A DNA stretch of 64,000 bases from Salinivirgaceae bacterium (GCA_017527435.1 JAFXQB010000011.1:16502-80501); one strand, 5' to 3'. Counted from the stretch's first letter, positions 8,126-19,553 are shown. Notes: generated by a model from the letters alone, not told the origin. Numbers and translations are program-made.

Positions 8126-9145
8126 TCTAATATCCATACGTGCCAGCGGCGCCACGTCCTGCGTGGTGAACAGCCCCGCCTGATACTTGTAATATCCCGT
8201 GATGGCAATCATTGCCGCGTTGTCGGTGGTGAACGATATTTTGGGGATGAAGATTTTCAGTCCCTCGCGTTCGCCGTAGTCGAGCAGCGCCTGCCGCAGT
8301 CCCGAGTTGGCCGAAACACCGCCTGCCACGCCCACCTGACGGATGCCCGTCGCCTTAACCAACTTCTTCAGTTTGTTAAGCAGAATCTCGATGATGGTGT
8401 TCTGCAGCGACGCGCACAGGTCGGGCAGATTCTCCTTCACGTAGTTCGGGTTGGTCTTCACCGCGTCGCGGATGTGGTACAGGAAACTCGTTTTCAGGCC
8501 GCTGAAACTGTAGTTGTAGCCCTCGATGCTCGGTTTGGCGAAACTGATGGCCTTGGGGTTGCCCTCTTTGGCCAGTTTGTCGATGATGGGGCCGCTCGGG
8601 TAGGGCAGTTCCATAACCTTGCCGCACTTGTCGAAGGCCTCGCCAGCCGCGTCGTCGATGGTGGTGCCCACCACTTCCATATCAAGCGGGCTGCGCACAA
8701 CCACCAGTTGCGAGTTTCCTCCCGACACCAGCAGGCAGATGAACGGAAATTCGGGTTGGTTGTTGTCGTCGGCGCTCTGCTTCACAAACAGCGCCAGCAC
8801 GTGGCCCTGCAGGTGGTTCACCTCAATCAGCGGCAACCGTCGCGCAAGCGCAAAACCCTTTGCAAACGACGTGCCCACCAGCAGCGAGCCCAGCAGGCCA
8901 GGTCCGCGGGTGAAGGCCACGGCCGAAATCTCGTCGAGCCCGATGCCCGCGTTTTTGATTGCCGCGTCGATGGTCGGGATGATGTTCTGCTGATGCGCGC
9001 GCGACGCCAGTTCGGGCACCACGCCGCCGTACTGCTCGTGCACTTTCTGACTCGAAATCACATTCGAGAGTATCACACCGTCGCGGATAATGGCCGCCGA
9101 AGTGTCGTCGCACGATGATTCTATGCCTAAAATTGTAACGCTCAT
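8123..9145 (-). CDS. tsaD: tRNA N6-adenosine threonylcarbamoyltransferase
   Basis: ILGIESSCDDT, GGVVPELASRAH, HLQGH, DDAAGEAFDK, GGVSAN, TDNAAMI. Start moved to the ATG at 9145 (MSVTILG). Confidence 0.96.
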   Translation of the reverse strand: MSVTILGIESSCDDTSAAIIRDGVILSNVISSQKVHEQYGGVVPELASRAHQQNIIPTIDAAIKNAGIGLDEISAVAFTRGPGLLGSLLVGTSFAKGFALARRLPLIEVNHLQGHVLALFVKQSADDNNQPEFPFICLLVSGGNSQLVVVRSPLDMEVVGTTIDDAAGEAFDKCGKVMELPYPSGPIIDKLAKEGNPKAISFAKPSIEGYNYSFSGLKTSFLYHIRDAVKTNPNYVKENLPDLCASLQNTIIEILLNKLKKLVKATGIRQVGVAGGVSANSGLRQALLDYGEREGLKIFIPKISFTTDNAAMIAITGYYKYQAGLFTTQDVAPLARMDIR

Positions 9146-9178
9146 AAAAATATGGCTGCATTTTGTGCTCAAAAACGA

Positions 9179-9214
9179 TATTTTTGGGCACTTTTAATTT
9201 AAGGCGCAAAGGTA
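9179..9214. promoter_or_regulatory. Overlapping divergent Bacteroidota -7 promoter motifs for tamB and tsaD
   Basis: TATTTTTG on + at 9179-9186, and CAAAGGTA (TACCTTTG on -) at 9207-9214. Both fit TAnnTTTG. Confidence 0.5.
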
Positions 9215-12200
9215 TTAAAAAAGCCGTTAAAATATTGTCTGTTTTTGTCCTGATAATCGTCGGGATGGTGGTGCTTGTGTGGTCGGCTCTGCGCTCGCCG
9301 CTCATTCAAACCATGCTTGCCAATCAGATTACCGCCGTGCTGAGCCGCACGCTCGGCGCCGATGTGTCGGTGAAAAAGGCGCGCTACTATATCCGCCAGG
9401 GGCTCACCCTGCAGGACGTGCTGATTCGCTGCCCCAACGGCGACACACTGCTCTATGTGCCGCAGCTGTCGGGCTACCTGCGCTCAATAAGTGCGAATGA
9501 GCGGCAAATAGGCATTCAGCGGGCATACATTCGCGGCGTGCAAGCCAACATTGTCCGCACCGACAGCGTTTTCAACTTCAACTTCCTGCTCGAATCATTC
9601 AACAAGCCCGACACCGCCGGCAGTCCGTGGAAAGTGGGCGTCGATGAGTTCACTTTGGTGCAGACAAACGTCTCATTCAACGACAATGGCAAACAGCACA
9701 GGTTCAACGATATAAGCATTGATATCAGTGATTTTTCGCTCGGCGGCGATACCATTTCGGCGCGTCTCGAGTCGATGAGCACCGGCTACAACGGCGTGGC
9801 CGAGATTGGAAATCTTGAACTCGATTTTATGATGAGCGGGAAGACAATCGCCGTCAACAATCTGAAGTTCAACTCTCAAAACTCGAGCGCGGCCATTGGC
9901 AACCTTAATCTGACAGTCGGACAGCCGCTGCAGTACACCGCCGCAATCGACAACCTGCGCCTTTGCCCGACCGATTTTGCTCAGTTTGTCCCGATTTTTG
10001 AAGGCAACGACCAGTGCGTCACGCTGAAAGGCCGCTTTGGCGGAACAACCGAGAAACTGCGCGGCAGGCAGGTGCAGCTTATGTTTGGCGACAGCTCGCT
10101 GCTCAGCACCGATTTCGCTGTGCGCGACATACAGAATATCGACAGTCTCAACTACAATCTGACGGTCAGCAAGTTGCACACCACAAGCCGCGAGTTGTGC
10201 AATCTGCTCGGCGCCTATACAAAAATCGACACCGCCAAACTTGCGGGCAACATTGGGCCGCTTGGTGCAATAGTGTTTGCCGGTCAGGCCGAAGGCTCGC
10301 TCAACAATATCACTGCTTCGGGGCAGCTCGGCACCGGCATTGGCAGTCTGAACCTTCAGGCGAATGTCGACAAAGTCGGCAGCCATGCCTACGATGTGAG
10401 CGGTTGGCTGAAATCGACGCCATTGGCTCTCGACAGCTACATCGGCAACAAAGCCACATTGCGCACCGACCTGCAGGTGAACGGATTCATCGGTGGAAGC
10501 GCCACCAACATCAACGTGAACGGAATGGTGAACGATATCAGATATTCGAATGTCGATATTGACTCAATAACCATCAACGGACGGTTTGCCAACAAGATGT
10601 TCAGCGGCAATCTGAGCTCGTTCGACCCCAATCTGCGGTTCGATTTCGACGGTTTGGTGAATGTCGGCGACAGCCAGACCTACAATTTCCGCTCGTGCGT
10701 CTATTATGCCAATCTGTCGGCTTTGGGGATTGTTTCCGATTCGTTGGCGAATCTGTCGTTCAATATGAATGCCGACTTCTGCGGACCAAGTGTTGACCAA
10801 GCCGATGGAACCATCGAGATAACCGACCTGTACTATTTCCGCGACTCGACATATCTCGCCACCGACACCGTGCTTATTGCGGCCGCCAACAGCGACAGCG
10901 GCCGCGTGGTGACGCTCACGTCGGAATTTGTGAATGCATCGGCGAGCGGCAATTTCAACTTGGCGCGGATGGCAAAGAGTGTCGGGCGGTTTGCCAACAG
11001 CTTCCTGACCGATGAACCCTATGAGCCGTCAGAAACGCACAACCAAATCGGACTCAATGTGGTGATTGACTATCCGCATCCACTGACGGCAATGTACGCG
11101 CCTTGGCTCAGCATTGCGTCGGGCACACGGGTGACAGCCGAGTTCGACGACAGCACAGCCGCTTTCAGCTTGAACTTCAGGTCAGGCAACATTACGGTGC
11201 GCAGCATCGAAGTTGAGAATATCGGCCTTGAGATGCACAACAAGGGCAACCAGATGTTTGCCGGACTCACTTCGGATGCTCTCTATTTTTCTGATTACGA
11301 GTCGATGAAGAACATCAGGGCGACATGGCAGTTGGCAAGCAGCGTTTCGGACCTGAACATCAATTGGAACAACCTGCTCGACAAGGGCAACAATAGCGGC
11401 AATGTGAATGTTGAACTAGCGTTTGGCGGCAACGGCGAGCGACTGCGCGTTGGCATCAGACCGTCGTGGATTAGCATTCTCGATGACACAGCAACAATCA
11501 GTCCGGCATCCATCACGCTGCGCGACACGGCAGTGGTCATCGAGCACATCGAAATCGGCAACAATGCAAGCCGCCTGTATGCCGACGGCGTGCTGTCGGA
11601 CTACCCTGACGACAGTCTGACTGTCGACATCAACAATGTGAAACTCGAATTTCTGTCAGACATTTTCGCTCTCAAAACGCGTTTTGCCGGAACGCTGTCG
11701 TGCCAGTCGACAATGAAGGACCTGAAAGGCGAGAAGCGCATCGACGGCGATTTGTCAATCGGCAATTTTACCATCGACGGGCAACGGTTCGGCAATATCA
11801 ATGCTGACGCGGCTTGGGATATGGAACAGCGGCGGTTGCTTGTGGGCGGCGCGCTGTCTGATGCCGGTGGCTCAAAGACAACATTCGGCGGCTACATCGA
11901 TCCGTCGGCATTCTATATGGATCTTGACGCCGAAGCTACGCATCAGGACGTGCAGTTCCTGAAATTGTTCCTGTCGGGTGTGTTCTCGGAACTTGCCGGC
12001 ACCTTCAGCGGCAAAATGCATCTCGAAGGCAGGCTCAACTCGCCAAAATGGTACGGGAAACTTGGGCTCGAGAACGCTCAACTCACCGTCCGCCCCACTA
12101 AAGCCACCTATATTGTGAATGACACTCTCGAGTTCTCGGAAAACCGGATTCTGTTCAACAATATTCTTGGAAGCGACGGCGAGAATGGCACGGCACGGCT

Positions 12201-13596
12201 CAATGGCAGCATTTGGCACCGCAACTTCAAAGAGTTCAATCTCGATTTGAAAATCAACTGCGATAATGTGATAGCTCTTAACACCCGCGCCACCGACTCA
12301 CCGCTATGGTACGGAAAAACTTACGCCAGCGGCATTGTCAACATCACAGGCTCGAACCGCAAAACGGTGGATATTGACATCAGCGCCACCACAATGCCCA
12401 AAAGTATGTTCTACATAACGATGGAAGGCCGCAACGACTTGACAGAGAATGATTTCATAACGTTCGTATCGACAAAGAACGTGAAGAACATCAACGATAT
12501 GAAGAAGTCGCGGCGCGAAGTGGCGATTGCGGCCCCGCGCTCGGTGCTCAATCTGAATCTCGACCTTAAAGTGACGCCCGATGCCGAAATACAGATTGTG
12601 TTCGACCCCACCATTGGCGACGCCCTGCGCTCAAACGGTTCAGCCGACCTTAACATCCGTCTCGATGACGGAAAATTCTCAATTTATGGCACTTACCTGA
12701 TCAGCAGCGGAAACTTCACCTTCACGTTACAGAATGTCATCAGCAAGAAACTCGACCTTCAGAGCGGCAGCTACCTGACGTGGACGGGCGAGCCGCTCGG
12801 AGCCACCATCAACATCGATGCGGCCTACAAGCTGCGCAAGGTGCCAGTATACTCGCTCACTCTCAATGAAGAAGACCGCGAAAAACGCGTGCCTGTAAAC
12901 TGCCACCTGCTGATGACCAACAAGCTTGTGTCGCCAAACATCGGTTTTTCAATTGATGTTCCCGCCAACACCACATACGTTGAAGAGATTGAGCAATTGA
13001 ACAGCCTGCCCGAAGACGACCTTAACCAACAAGTCATTTATCTGTTGCTGTTCAACAAGTTCTATCCGCTAACAAGCGCATCAGAAAGTTCTGCCGGCAC
13101 AACGGCGGCCAACCTTGGTGCCAGCACGGCCAGCGAGCTGCTGTCGAACCAGCTCAGCAAGTGGATCAGCCAGGTGAGCACCAACTTCGACCTTGGCGTG
13201 GCCTACCGCCCCGAGACCGAGATCAGTTCGGAAGAGTACGAGTTGGCGCTGTCAACATCGCTTTGGGACGACCGCATAACGGTAAGCAGCAACTTCGATG
13301 TGAACAACCAGGACAAATCGGCCGAGAACAGCACCCAGTACACCACCGACTTTTCTGTTGAGTTGAAACTCAACAAGAAAGGCAACGTGAGGCTCAAAGC
13401 CTTCCAGAAGGCCAGCGACGACCTTATCTATGACGATTCGCCATACACCCGCGGCTTGGGTGTGTTCTACACCGAAGACTTCAACGATTTTGGCGAACTC
13501 TGGCGCCGCTGGTTCCGCCGCAAACGAGTAGCAAAACCTGTTACCTATGATGCTGTGGGTGAGACATCGGAACCGGCAAACAGTGGTGGATTATGA
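9214..13596 (+). CDS. tamB: Translocation/assembly module TamB (DUF490) protein; start uncertain
   Basis: About 1460 aa with an N-terminal signal anchor, beta-rich repeats and a C-terminal DUF490-like region (WTGEPLGATINIDAAY, YTRGLGVFYTEDF). Divergent from tsaD. Confidence 0.85.
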   Translation: MKKAVKILSVFVLIIVGMVVLVWSALRSPLIQTMLANQITAVLSRTLGADVSVKKARYYIRQGLTLQDVLIRCPNGDTLLYVPQLSGYLRSISANERQIGIQRAYIRGVQANIVRTDSVFNFNFLLESFNKPDTAGSPWKVGVDEFTLVQTNVSFNDNGKQHRFNDISIDISDFSLGGDTISARLESMSTGYNGVAEIGNLELDFMMSGKTIAVNNLKFNSQNSSAAIGNLNLTVGQPLQYTAAIDNLRLCPTDFAQFVPIFEGNDQCVTLKGRFGGTTEKLRGRQVQLMFGDSSLLSTDFAVRDIQNIDSLNYNLTVSKLHTTSRELCNLLGAYTKIDTAKLAGNIGPLGAIVFAGQAEGSLNNITASGQLGTGIGSLNLQANVDKVGSHAYDVSGWLKSTPLALDSYIGNKATLRTDLQVNGFIGGSATNINVNGMVNDIRYSNVDIDSITINGRFANKMFSGNLSSFDPNLRFDFDGLVNVGDSQTYNFRSCVYYANLSALGIVSDSLANLSFNMNADFCGPSVDQADGTIEITDLYYFRDSTYLATDTVLIAAANSDSGRVVTLTSEFVNASASGNFNLARMAKSVGRFANSFLTDEPYEPSETHNQIGLNVVIDYPHPLTAMYAPWLSIASGTRVTAEFDDSTAAFSLNFRSGNITVRSIEVENIGLEMHNKGNQMFAGLTSDALYFSDYESMKNIRATWQLASSVSDLNINWNNLLDKGNNSGNVNVELAFGGNGERLRVGIRPSWISILDDTATISPASITLRDTAVVIEHIEIGNNASRLYADGVLSDYPDDSLTVDINNVKLEFLSDIFALKTRFAGTLSCQSTMKDLKGEKRIDGDLSIGNFTIDGQRFGNINADAAWDMEQRRLLVGGALSDAGGSKTTFGGYIDPSAFYMDLDAEATHQDVQFLKLFLSGVFSELAGTFSGKMHLEGRLNSPKWYGKLGLENAQLTVRPTKATYIVNDTLEFSENRILFNNILGSDGENGTARLNGSIWHRNFKEFNLDLKINCDNVIALNTRATDSPLWYGKTYASGIVNITGSNRKTVDIDISATTMPKSMFYITMEGRNDLTENDFITFVSTKNVKNINDMKKSRREVAIAAPRSVLNLNLDLKVTPDAEIQIVFDPTIGDALRSNGSADLNIRLDDGKFSIYGTYLISSGNFTFTLQNVISKKLDLQSGSYLTWTGEPLGATINIDAAYKLRKVPVYSLTLNEEDREKRVPVNCHLLMTNKLVSPNIGFSIDVPANTTYVEEIEQLNSLPEDDLNQQVIYLLLFNKFYPLTSASESSAGTTAANLGASTASELLSNQLSKWISQVSTNFDLGVAYRPETEISSEEYELALSTSLWDDRITVSSNFDVNNQDKSAENSTQYTTDFSVELKLNKKGNVRLKAFQKASDDLIYDDSPYTRGLGVFYTEDFNDFGELWRRWFRRKRVAKPVTYDAVGETSEPANSGGL

Positions 13597-13711
13597 TGTA
13601 ATGAGATGCAAAAAATAAAAAATGTCCCCCGAAACAATAAATTACTATATTCGCACGCTTTTTTTAAGGTTCTCTGAACCTGTATTTTTTGAAATTTTAA
13701 ACAAAACATAA

Positions 13712-14839
13712 ATGAGAAAAACAATCAGTTCAATAATGCTCGCATTGTGCGTGTCATTCACATTCTATAACTGCGAGTATCGCGACGACTTAGTTGGCAA
13801 CTGGCGTGGACCGTCACAATTAAATTCAAACGGTCGTGGTGGAGCATCTTGTTTCGTTATCGATGATATGGCCTATTTTGTCGGTGGTCGCGGATACATA
13901 AAGAGCGAAGCTTATTTCCTTGACACATGGCAGTTTGATCCAGAGCACAATTCATGGAAACAGTACGCATCCGTTCCTGCTGAAAAGGGCCGTTATTATG
14001 GTGTTGCATTTGCTGCAACAGGTGCTGATGGGAAAACCAAAGGTTACTACGGAACAGGTATGGGTAAATCGGCTGAATTGTTCAAAGACTTTTATGAATT
14101 TGATCCTGAAGGCATGACTCAGGTTTCGGGAACTACTGGAACAGTTAAGGAATTGCCTGGAGTTTGGGTGGCAACCGACTCGCTTCCGGGTGAACCTATT
14201 TATGGTATGGTTGGATTTACTATTAATGGTGTTGGATATGTCGGCGCTGGTCAAACGAAGAATCAGGGTTATGCCAACACCTATTATTCATATAATCCTG
14301 ACAAACCACAAGGCGAAAGGTGGCAGATTGTTGAGCATATCAATCCGGCAAAACGTTGCTTTGGTAGTGTGTTCGTGATAGACAATCGCGCTTATATTGT
14401 TGGCGGTATTGGCAATGGTAATTATGTGCGTGACTTTGAACGTTTCGACCCCAGTGTTGACAAAGGTGATTTCCGTTGGTATAAAATAACGCAAGATTTT
14501 GTTTACGACTATCGCATAAACGAATACTCAAAAATCTATCGTCAACAAGCTGCCGCATTCTCTATCAATGGCCGTGGTTATTTGTGTTGCGGACTAACAA
14601 GTGGCGCTAAATCAGATGTTTGGGAATATGTTCCTTATACTGGCCGCGACAATATGGGTGTTTGGCACGAAGTCTGCTCATTTGAAGGTTCACAACGTTA
14701 TGCCGGTCAGGGATTTGCAACATCTTATGGTGTGGGGTACGTTGGCATGGGCATGATTGGAACAGGCAAAGACCAGCAATACGATGATTTATGGGAGTTC
14801 CATCCTAACGAAGATTACGATAAGAGGCCTGCCCGTTAA
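13712..14839 (+). CDS. Kelch-repeat (beta-propeller) lipoprotein
   Basis: Signal peptide ending FYNC; repeated F.I...GY.G.G ... D.W.F.P Kelch units. Confidence 0.85.
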   Translation: MRKTISSIMLALCVSFTFYNCEYRDDLVGNWRGPSQLNSNGRGGASCFVIDDMAYFVGGRGYIKSEAYFLDTWQFDPEHNSWKQYASVPAEKGRYYGVAFAATGADGKTKGYYGTGMGKSAELFKDFYEFDPEGMTQVSGTTGTVKELPGVWVATDSLPGEPIYGMVGFTINGVGYVGAGQTKNQGYANTYYSYNPDKPQGERWQIVEHINPAKRCFGSVFVIDNRAYIVGGIGNGNYVRDFERFDPSVDKGDFRWYKITQDFVYDYRINEYSKIYRQQAAAFSINGRGYLCCGLTSGAKSDVWEYVPYTGRDNMGVWHEVCSFEGSQRYAGQGFATSYGVGYVGMGMIGTGKDQQYDDLWEFHPNEDYDKRPAR

Positions 14840-14857
14840 ATCCCGATTTGATAAAAT

Positions 14858-14888
14858 TAAAAAGGGAAATCTATGGTTTCCCTTTTTA
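14858..14888 (+). terminator. Rho-independent terminator-like hairpin between the Kelch genes
   Basis: taaaaagggaaa-tctatgg-tttcccttttta. Confidence 0.65.
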
Positions 14889-14909
14889 GTTTAACCAAAA
14901 TGATTGTAG

Positions 14910-15950
14910 ATGAATAAAATTCTGCATATAATACCAATAGTTTTGCTGGCAGCCGTGATGTGCGGTTGCGATGAAGATTATTACGGCAATTGGCGTTCGA
15001 TCTCAACTCTTAACGCCAAAGGTCGTGCTGATGCTTCTGCCTTTACAATTGGTAATACGGCTTATGTGGTTGGCGGATATGGTTTTTATTTTGTGCCCAC
15101 CTATTTCAATACAACATGGTCGTTTGATATGGATGACTACTCGTGGCATGAGTGCGACACCTTTCCTGGGAAGCCGCGACGTGCTGGTGTGGCATTTGAA
15201 ATTGGAGGTAAGGGTTATTATTGTGGCGGTATAGGAGTCGATAATGAATTATATGGTGACATGTTCGAATTCGACCCAGAAAAACCCGAAGGCTCACAAT
15301 GGACAAAACTCGAGGCTGACCCGTTCCCTATTGGTGGTTTTTACGATGGCATCGGTTTTGCTATAGACGGTATTGGTGTTGTTGGATCTGGCATGACCGC
15401 ATCGCATGGCACATCGGGCGATTACTATCAATTCGACCCCAGGAAACCCGAAGGCTCACGGTGGAGTAGGATTAAATCGGAAACGGTAAAGCGGCAGGGG
15501 GCTTGCGTGTTTGTTATCGACCACAAGGCCTATATTATTGGAGGGCGCTCTAACAACTACCGAGTGGCCACGTTCGAGTGCTACAATGCGTCAACCAACG
15601 AGTTCACTGTCATCAGCGACGATATTGTCAGGGACTACAATATAGACATCCTATATCGTTACAGCGCTTCGGCATTCAGCATTGGCAATGATGGTTACGT
15701 AACCTGCGGCGTGAAGTTCACCGGCGAGGTGCTGCGCGATACTTGGCGCTATACGCCCGACGCTGGACTTGGCCATTGGCAACCAATCGGTGATTTCGAA
15801 GGCCCGAGCCGTTATTCGGCCACTTGCTTTACTTACGGCCGGAAAAGTTTTTTACTTTGCGGACAAAACGGCAACTTCTCAACTAGTTTTAAGGACGATG
15901 TGTGGCTTTTCAGCCCCGACGAGGAATACAATAAGCGAACATCAAGATAA
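14910..15950 (+). CDS. Kelch-repeat lipoprotein, paralog of the upstream gene
   Basis: Lipobox MCGC; same Kelch pattern; both proteins contain GNWR...LN..GR and end F.P.E.Y.KR..R. Confidence 0.85.
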   Translation: MNKILHIIPIVLLAAVMCGCDEDYYGNWRSISTLNAKGRADASAFTIGNTAYVVGGYGFYFVPTYFNTTWSFDMDDYSWHECDTFPGKPRRAGVAFEIGGKGYYCGGIGVDNELYGDMFEFDPEKPEGSQWTKLEADPFPIGGFYDGIGFAIDGIGVVGSGMTASHGTSGDYYQFDPRKPEGSRWSRIKSETVKRQGACVFVIDHKAYIIGGRSNNYRVATFECYNASTNEFTVISDDIVRDYNIDILYRYSASAFSIGNDGYVTCGVKFTGEVLRDTWRYTPDAGLGHWQPIGDFEGPSRYSATCFTYGRKSFLLCGQNGNFSTSFKDDVWLFSPDEEYNKRTSR

Positions 15951-15959
15951 GACGACAAA

Positions 15960-16508
15960 ATGCCGGCTAACATTTTCGACATCGTGGTTCTGATTCTGCT
16001 CGGAGTGGCAGCCGTAACGGGCTTTTTCAAAGGTTTGATAACCATGCTAACATCGCTTGTGGCTATTCTGCTAGGTGCGTGGCTCACAATGAAGTTTTCT
16101 TACATTACTGGTGGATTTTTGCAGGCGCACTTTAATATCGACGGACAGTACGTCACGGTGGCGTCATTCGTCATCACATTTCTGATTGTCGTTGTGGGCG
16201 TTCATCTGCTTGGTCGCGCCATTGGAAGCCTTGTAAAAGCCATTGCGCTTGGGTGGGCCGACAAGATTCTTGGTGTGGTTTTCAGTGTTTTGAAAAGCGC
16301 CTTTATCATCAGCGCTATTGTGTCGGCGCTCAACTCATTTGGCCCGTCGTCGTCAATCTTCAGTGAGGAGATGCAAAAGGAGAGTGTGCTCTTCAACAAG
16401 ATTGCACCCATTGCGCCGTTTGTTTTCGAGCAGCTTAATTTCAATCTTGGCGACCATATTCCCGATAACGTGGGGGATGTTTTGCCTGAAGATGCCAAAA
16501 TATTGTAA
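15960..16508 (+). CDS. cvpA: CvpA family (colicin V production) membrane protein
   Basis: NIFDIVVL...GFFKGLI and LGWADKILG motifs. Confidence 0.85.
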   Translation: MPANIFDIVVLILLGVAAVTGFFKGLITMLTSLVAILLGAWLTMKFSYITGGFLQAHFNIDGQYVTVASFVITFLIVVVGVHLLGRAIGSLVKAIALGWADKILGVVFSVLKSAFIISAIVSALNSFGPSSSIFSEEMQKESVLFNKIAPIAPFVFEQLNFNLGDHIPDNVGDVLPEDAKIL

Positions 16509-16532
16509 AACAAGAATATAATAATTAAGACT

Positions 16533-17825
16533 ATGAATTTTATAGAAGAACTGACATGGAGAGGCATGATTCACCAGATGATGCCCGGAACCGAAGAACT
16601 ACTTACAAAAGAACAAGTTACAGCATATTTGGGAATCGACCCCACGGCCGACTCTCTGCACATTGGCCACCTTTGCGGCGTGATGATGCTGCGCCACTTC
16701 CAACGCTGCGGTCACAAGCCGCTGGCTCTGATTGGCGGTGCAACCGGCATGATTGGCGACCCATCGGGCAAGAGCCAGGAGCGCAACCTGCTCGACGAGG
16801 AGACTCTGCGCCACAACGTTGCCTGCATCAAAAAACAACTGTCGAAATTCCTTGATTTTGACAGCGATGCACCAAACCGCGCCGAGCTGGTGAACAACTA
16901 CGACTGGATGAAGGATTTCACTTTCCTCGATTTTGCCCGCGAGGTGGGCAAGCACATCACCGTCAACTATATGATGGCCAAAGACTCGGTGCAGAAGCGC
17001 CTAAACGGCGAGGCTCGCGACGGTCTGTCGTTTACCGAGTTCACCTATCAGCTGCTTCAAGGTTACGATTTTCTCTATCTGAATGAGCACAAAAATTGCA
17101 AACTGCAGCTTGGCGGCGCCGACCAATGGGGTAACATCACCACCGGCTCTGAGCTCATTCGCCGCACCAACGGCAACGAGTGCTTCGCGCTCACCTGCCC
17201 GCTCGTGACCAAAGCCGACGGCGGCAAATTCGGCAAGACCGAGAGCGGTAACGTTTGGCTCGATCCTGTCCGCACATCGCCGTACCAATTCTACCAGTTC
17301 TGGATAAACACATCGGATGCCGATGCCGAGAAATACATCAAAATTTTCACCACTCTCACCAAAGAGGAAGTCGACGAACTGATTGCCGAGCAAGCCAAAG
17401 ACCCAGGACTCCGTCCGCTGCAAAAGCGCTTGGCCAAGGAAGTTACCATTATGGTTCACTCGGAGGATGACTATAATATGGCCGTTGAGGCATCGAATAT
17501 TTTATTTGGCAAATCAACCAAAGAGAGCCTGCTGAAACTCGACGAACGCACATTCCTTGAAGTGTTTGCCGGCGTTAAGACATTCGAAATCAGCAAGTCG
17601 GAACTGGCTGCCGGAGTTGGAATCCTTGACCTTCTGGCCGAGAAAGCACAGGTTTTCCCATCGAAAGGCGACCTGCGCCGCAACATTCAGGGCGGTGGCG
17701 TTTCCATCAACAAAGAGAAGGTTACGGCACCCGATATGGTTCTGAACGATGCCGCACTGCTCAACGGCAAGTATCTGCTCGTGCAGAAGGGCAAAAAGGA
17801 CTACTCGCTGCTGATTGCGAAATAA
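16533..17825 (+). CDS. tyrS: Tyrosine--tRNA ligase
   Basis: [28 protein letters not shown] and a C-terminal S4 domain. Confidence 0.98.
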   Translation: MNFIEELTWRGMIHQMMPGTEELLTKEQVTAYLGIDPTADSLHIGHLCGVMMLRHFQRCGHKPLALIGGATGMIGDPSGKSQERNLLDEETLRHNVACIKKQLSKFLDFDSDAPNRAELVNNYDWMKDFTFLDFAREVGKHITVNYMMAKDSVQKRLNGEARDGLSFTEFTYQLLQGYDFLYLNEHKNCKLQLGGADQWGNITTGSELIRRTNGNECFALTCPLVTKADGGKFGKTESGNVWLDPVRTSPYQFYQFWINTSDADAEKYIKIFTTLTKEEVDELIAEQAKDPGLRPLQKRLAKEVTIMVHSEDDYNMAVEASNILFGKSTKESLLKLDERTFLEVFAGVKTFEISKSELAAGVGILDLLAEKAQVFPSKGDLRRNIQGGGVSINKEKVTAPDMVLNDAALLNGKYLLVQKGKKDYSLLIAK

Positions 17826-17846
17826 CATTCCTATTGATTAATTAAC

Positions 17847-17884
17847 AAGTCGCACATGTGGGCTACTGCGTGTGCGATTTTTTT
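17847..17884 (+). terminator. Terminator after tyrS
   Basis: aagtcgcacatgt...gcgtgtgcgattttttt hairpin followed by a T run. Confidence 0.65.
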
Positions 17885-17935
17885 GCCATGCGGCCGCAAA
17901 TTGCTAACTTGCACCCAATAGAAAACCACAACAAA

Positions 17936-19045
17936 ATGCTGCGTAAATTGCTGAAACATATCATATTGATTGTCAACATTGTGTTTGTGGCACTGTTGTT
18001 TGTTTCAGGTATTGCCCGTTGGCTCAATCCTGCTGAGCACACCGTCATTGCGCTCATAGGGTTGTTTTTTCCGGTGTTTATGCTCGTCAACATTGCTTTT
18101 GCTATATGGTGGGCGGTCTGCCGCAAATGGCTTTTCCTGCTGCCACTGGCTGCGGTGGCCTTGTTTGCGCACCGCTATTTCGATTTCTCTTCGGGAAGCG
18201 GCGGCGCTGCGCCAAACGGACGGCAAATCAGGATTCTGTCGTACAACGCCCACAATTTCGGCCTTCATGCGCGGCCCAATCACGTGAAGATGATGAAAGA
18301 GATGACCGAATTCATCGGTTGCGAGAATCTCGACATTGCCTGTTTTCAGGAATACAGCAATGGCGATAAAGATTTGCCGGTTCACCAGCAACTGAAGAAC
18401 TCGTTCAAATACAGCCATTTGCAAATCCGCAAAAGTCCGTATGCCTACGGCGATCTTCGCGATGGGCTGGCCACCTACAGCAACTATCCGATTGTGGGGC
18501 GCAACAGTGTGCCGTCTGATGGCGAGACCGATAACATCATCATTTACACCGATATAGCCGTCGGCGCCGACACTCTGCGAGTGTTCAACTGCCATCTGCA
18601 GTCGTACAAGTTCTCGGTATCGGAATATGATTTTATCGAGAAGGTAAATTCTTTGAATTCAGATGTTTACGACAAATCAAAGCAAAGCGAGAACCGTGAA
18701 GGCTTGCTTAGCGTCTATCGCCGGATGCGGAAGGCGTACGAGTGGCGCGTGAAGCAGGCAGCTACGCTTAAACGGCTCATCGGCGAGTCGCCATACCCCG
18801 TTGTGGTGTGCGGCGATTTCAACGACACCCAGTCATCGTATGTCTATCGCCTTGTGAGCCGCGGACTGCATGATTCGCAGCGGGTGATGACGACTGGCTG
18901 GCGGAACACCTACCGTCGTTTCTTCCCAGGCATACGCATCGATTACATTCTCTACAACGGTCCAATGAAATGCGTCAGCTGCCGTGTGCCGCAGGTCGAT
19001 TATTCCGACCATCGGCCGGTGGTGGGCGAGTATCAGTTTGAATAA
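17936..19045 (+). CDS. Membrane-anchored endonuclease/exonuclease/phosphatase family protein
   Basis: Three N-terminal TM segments; LSYN, CFQE, CHLQS, CGDFND, RIDYI and SDH motifs. Start set to the ATG at 17936. Confidence 0.9.
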   Translation: MLRKLLKHIILIVNIVFVALLFVSGIARWLNPAEHTVIALIGLFFPVFMLVNIAFAIWWAVCRKWLFLLPLAAVALFAHRYFDFSSGSGGAAPNGRQIRILSYNAHNFGLHARPNHVKMMKEMTEFIGCENLDIACFQEYSNGDKDLPVHQQLKNSFKYSHLQIRKSPYAYGDLRDGLATYSNYPIVGRNSVPSDGETDNIIIYTDIAVGADTLRVFNCHLQSYKFSVSEYDFIEKVNSLNSDVYDKSKQSENREGLLSVYRRMRKAYEWRVKQAATLKRLIGESPYPVVVCGDFNDTQSSYVYRLVSRGLHDSQRVMTTGWRNTYRRFFPGIRIDYILYNGPMKCVSCRVPQVDYSDHRPVVGEYQFE

Positions 19046-19053
19046 AATCAATC

Positions 19054-19089
19054 AAAAAAAATCCGTCACAGCAGCTGCTGCAACGGATT
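19054..19089. terminator. Hairpin between convergent genes (terminator of the V-ATPase operon)
   Basis: A-run then aatccgt-cacagcagctgctgca-acggatt. Confidence 0.55.
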
Positions 19090-19112
19090 AAAGCAGATTT
19101 GTTGGTTACAAA

Positions 19113-19553
<441 letters not shown>

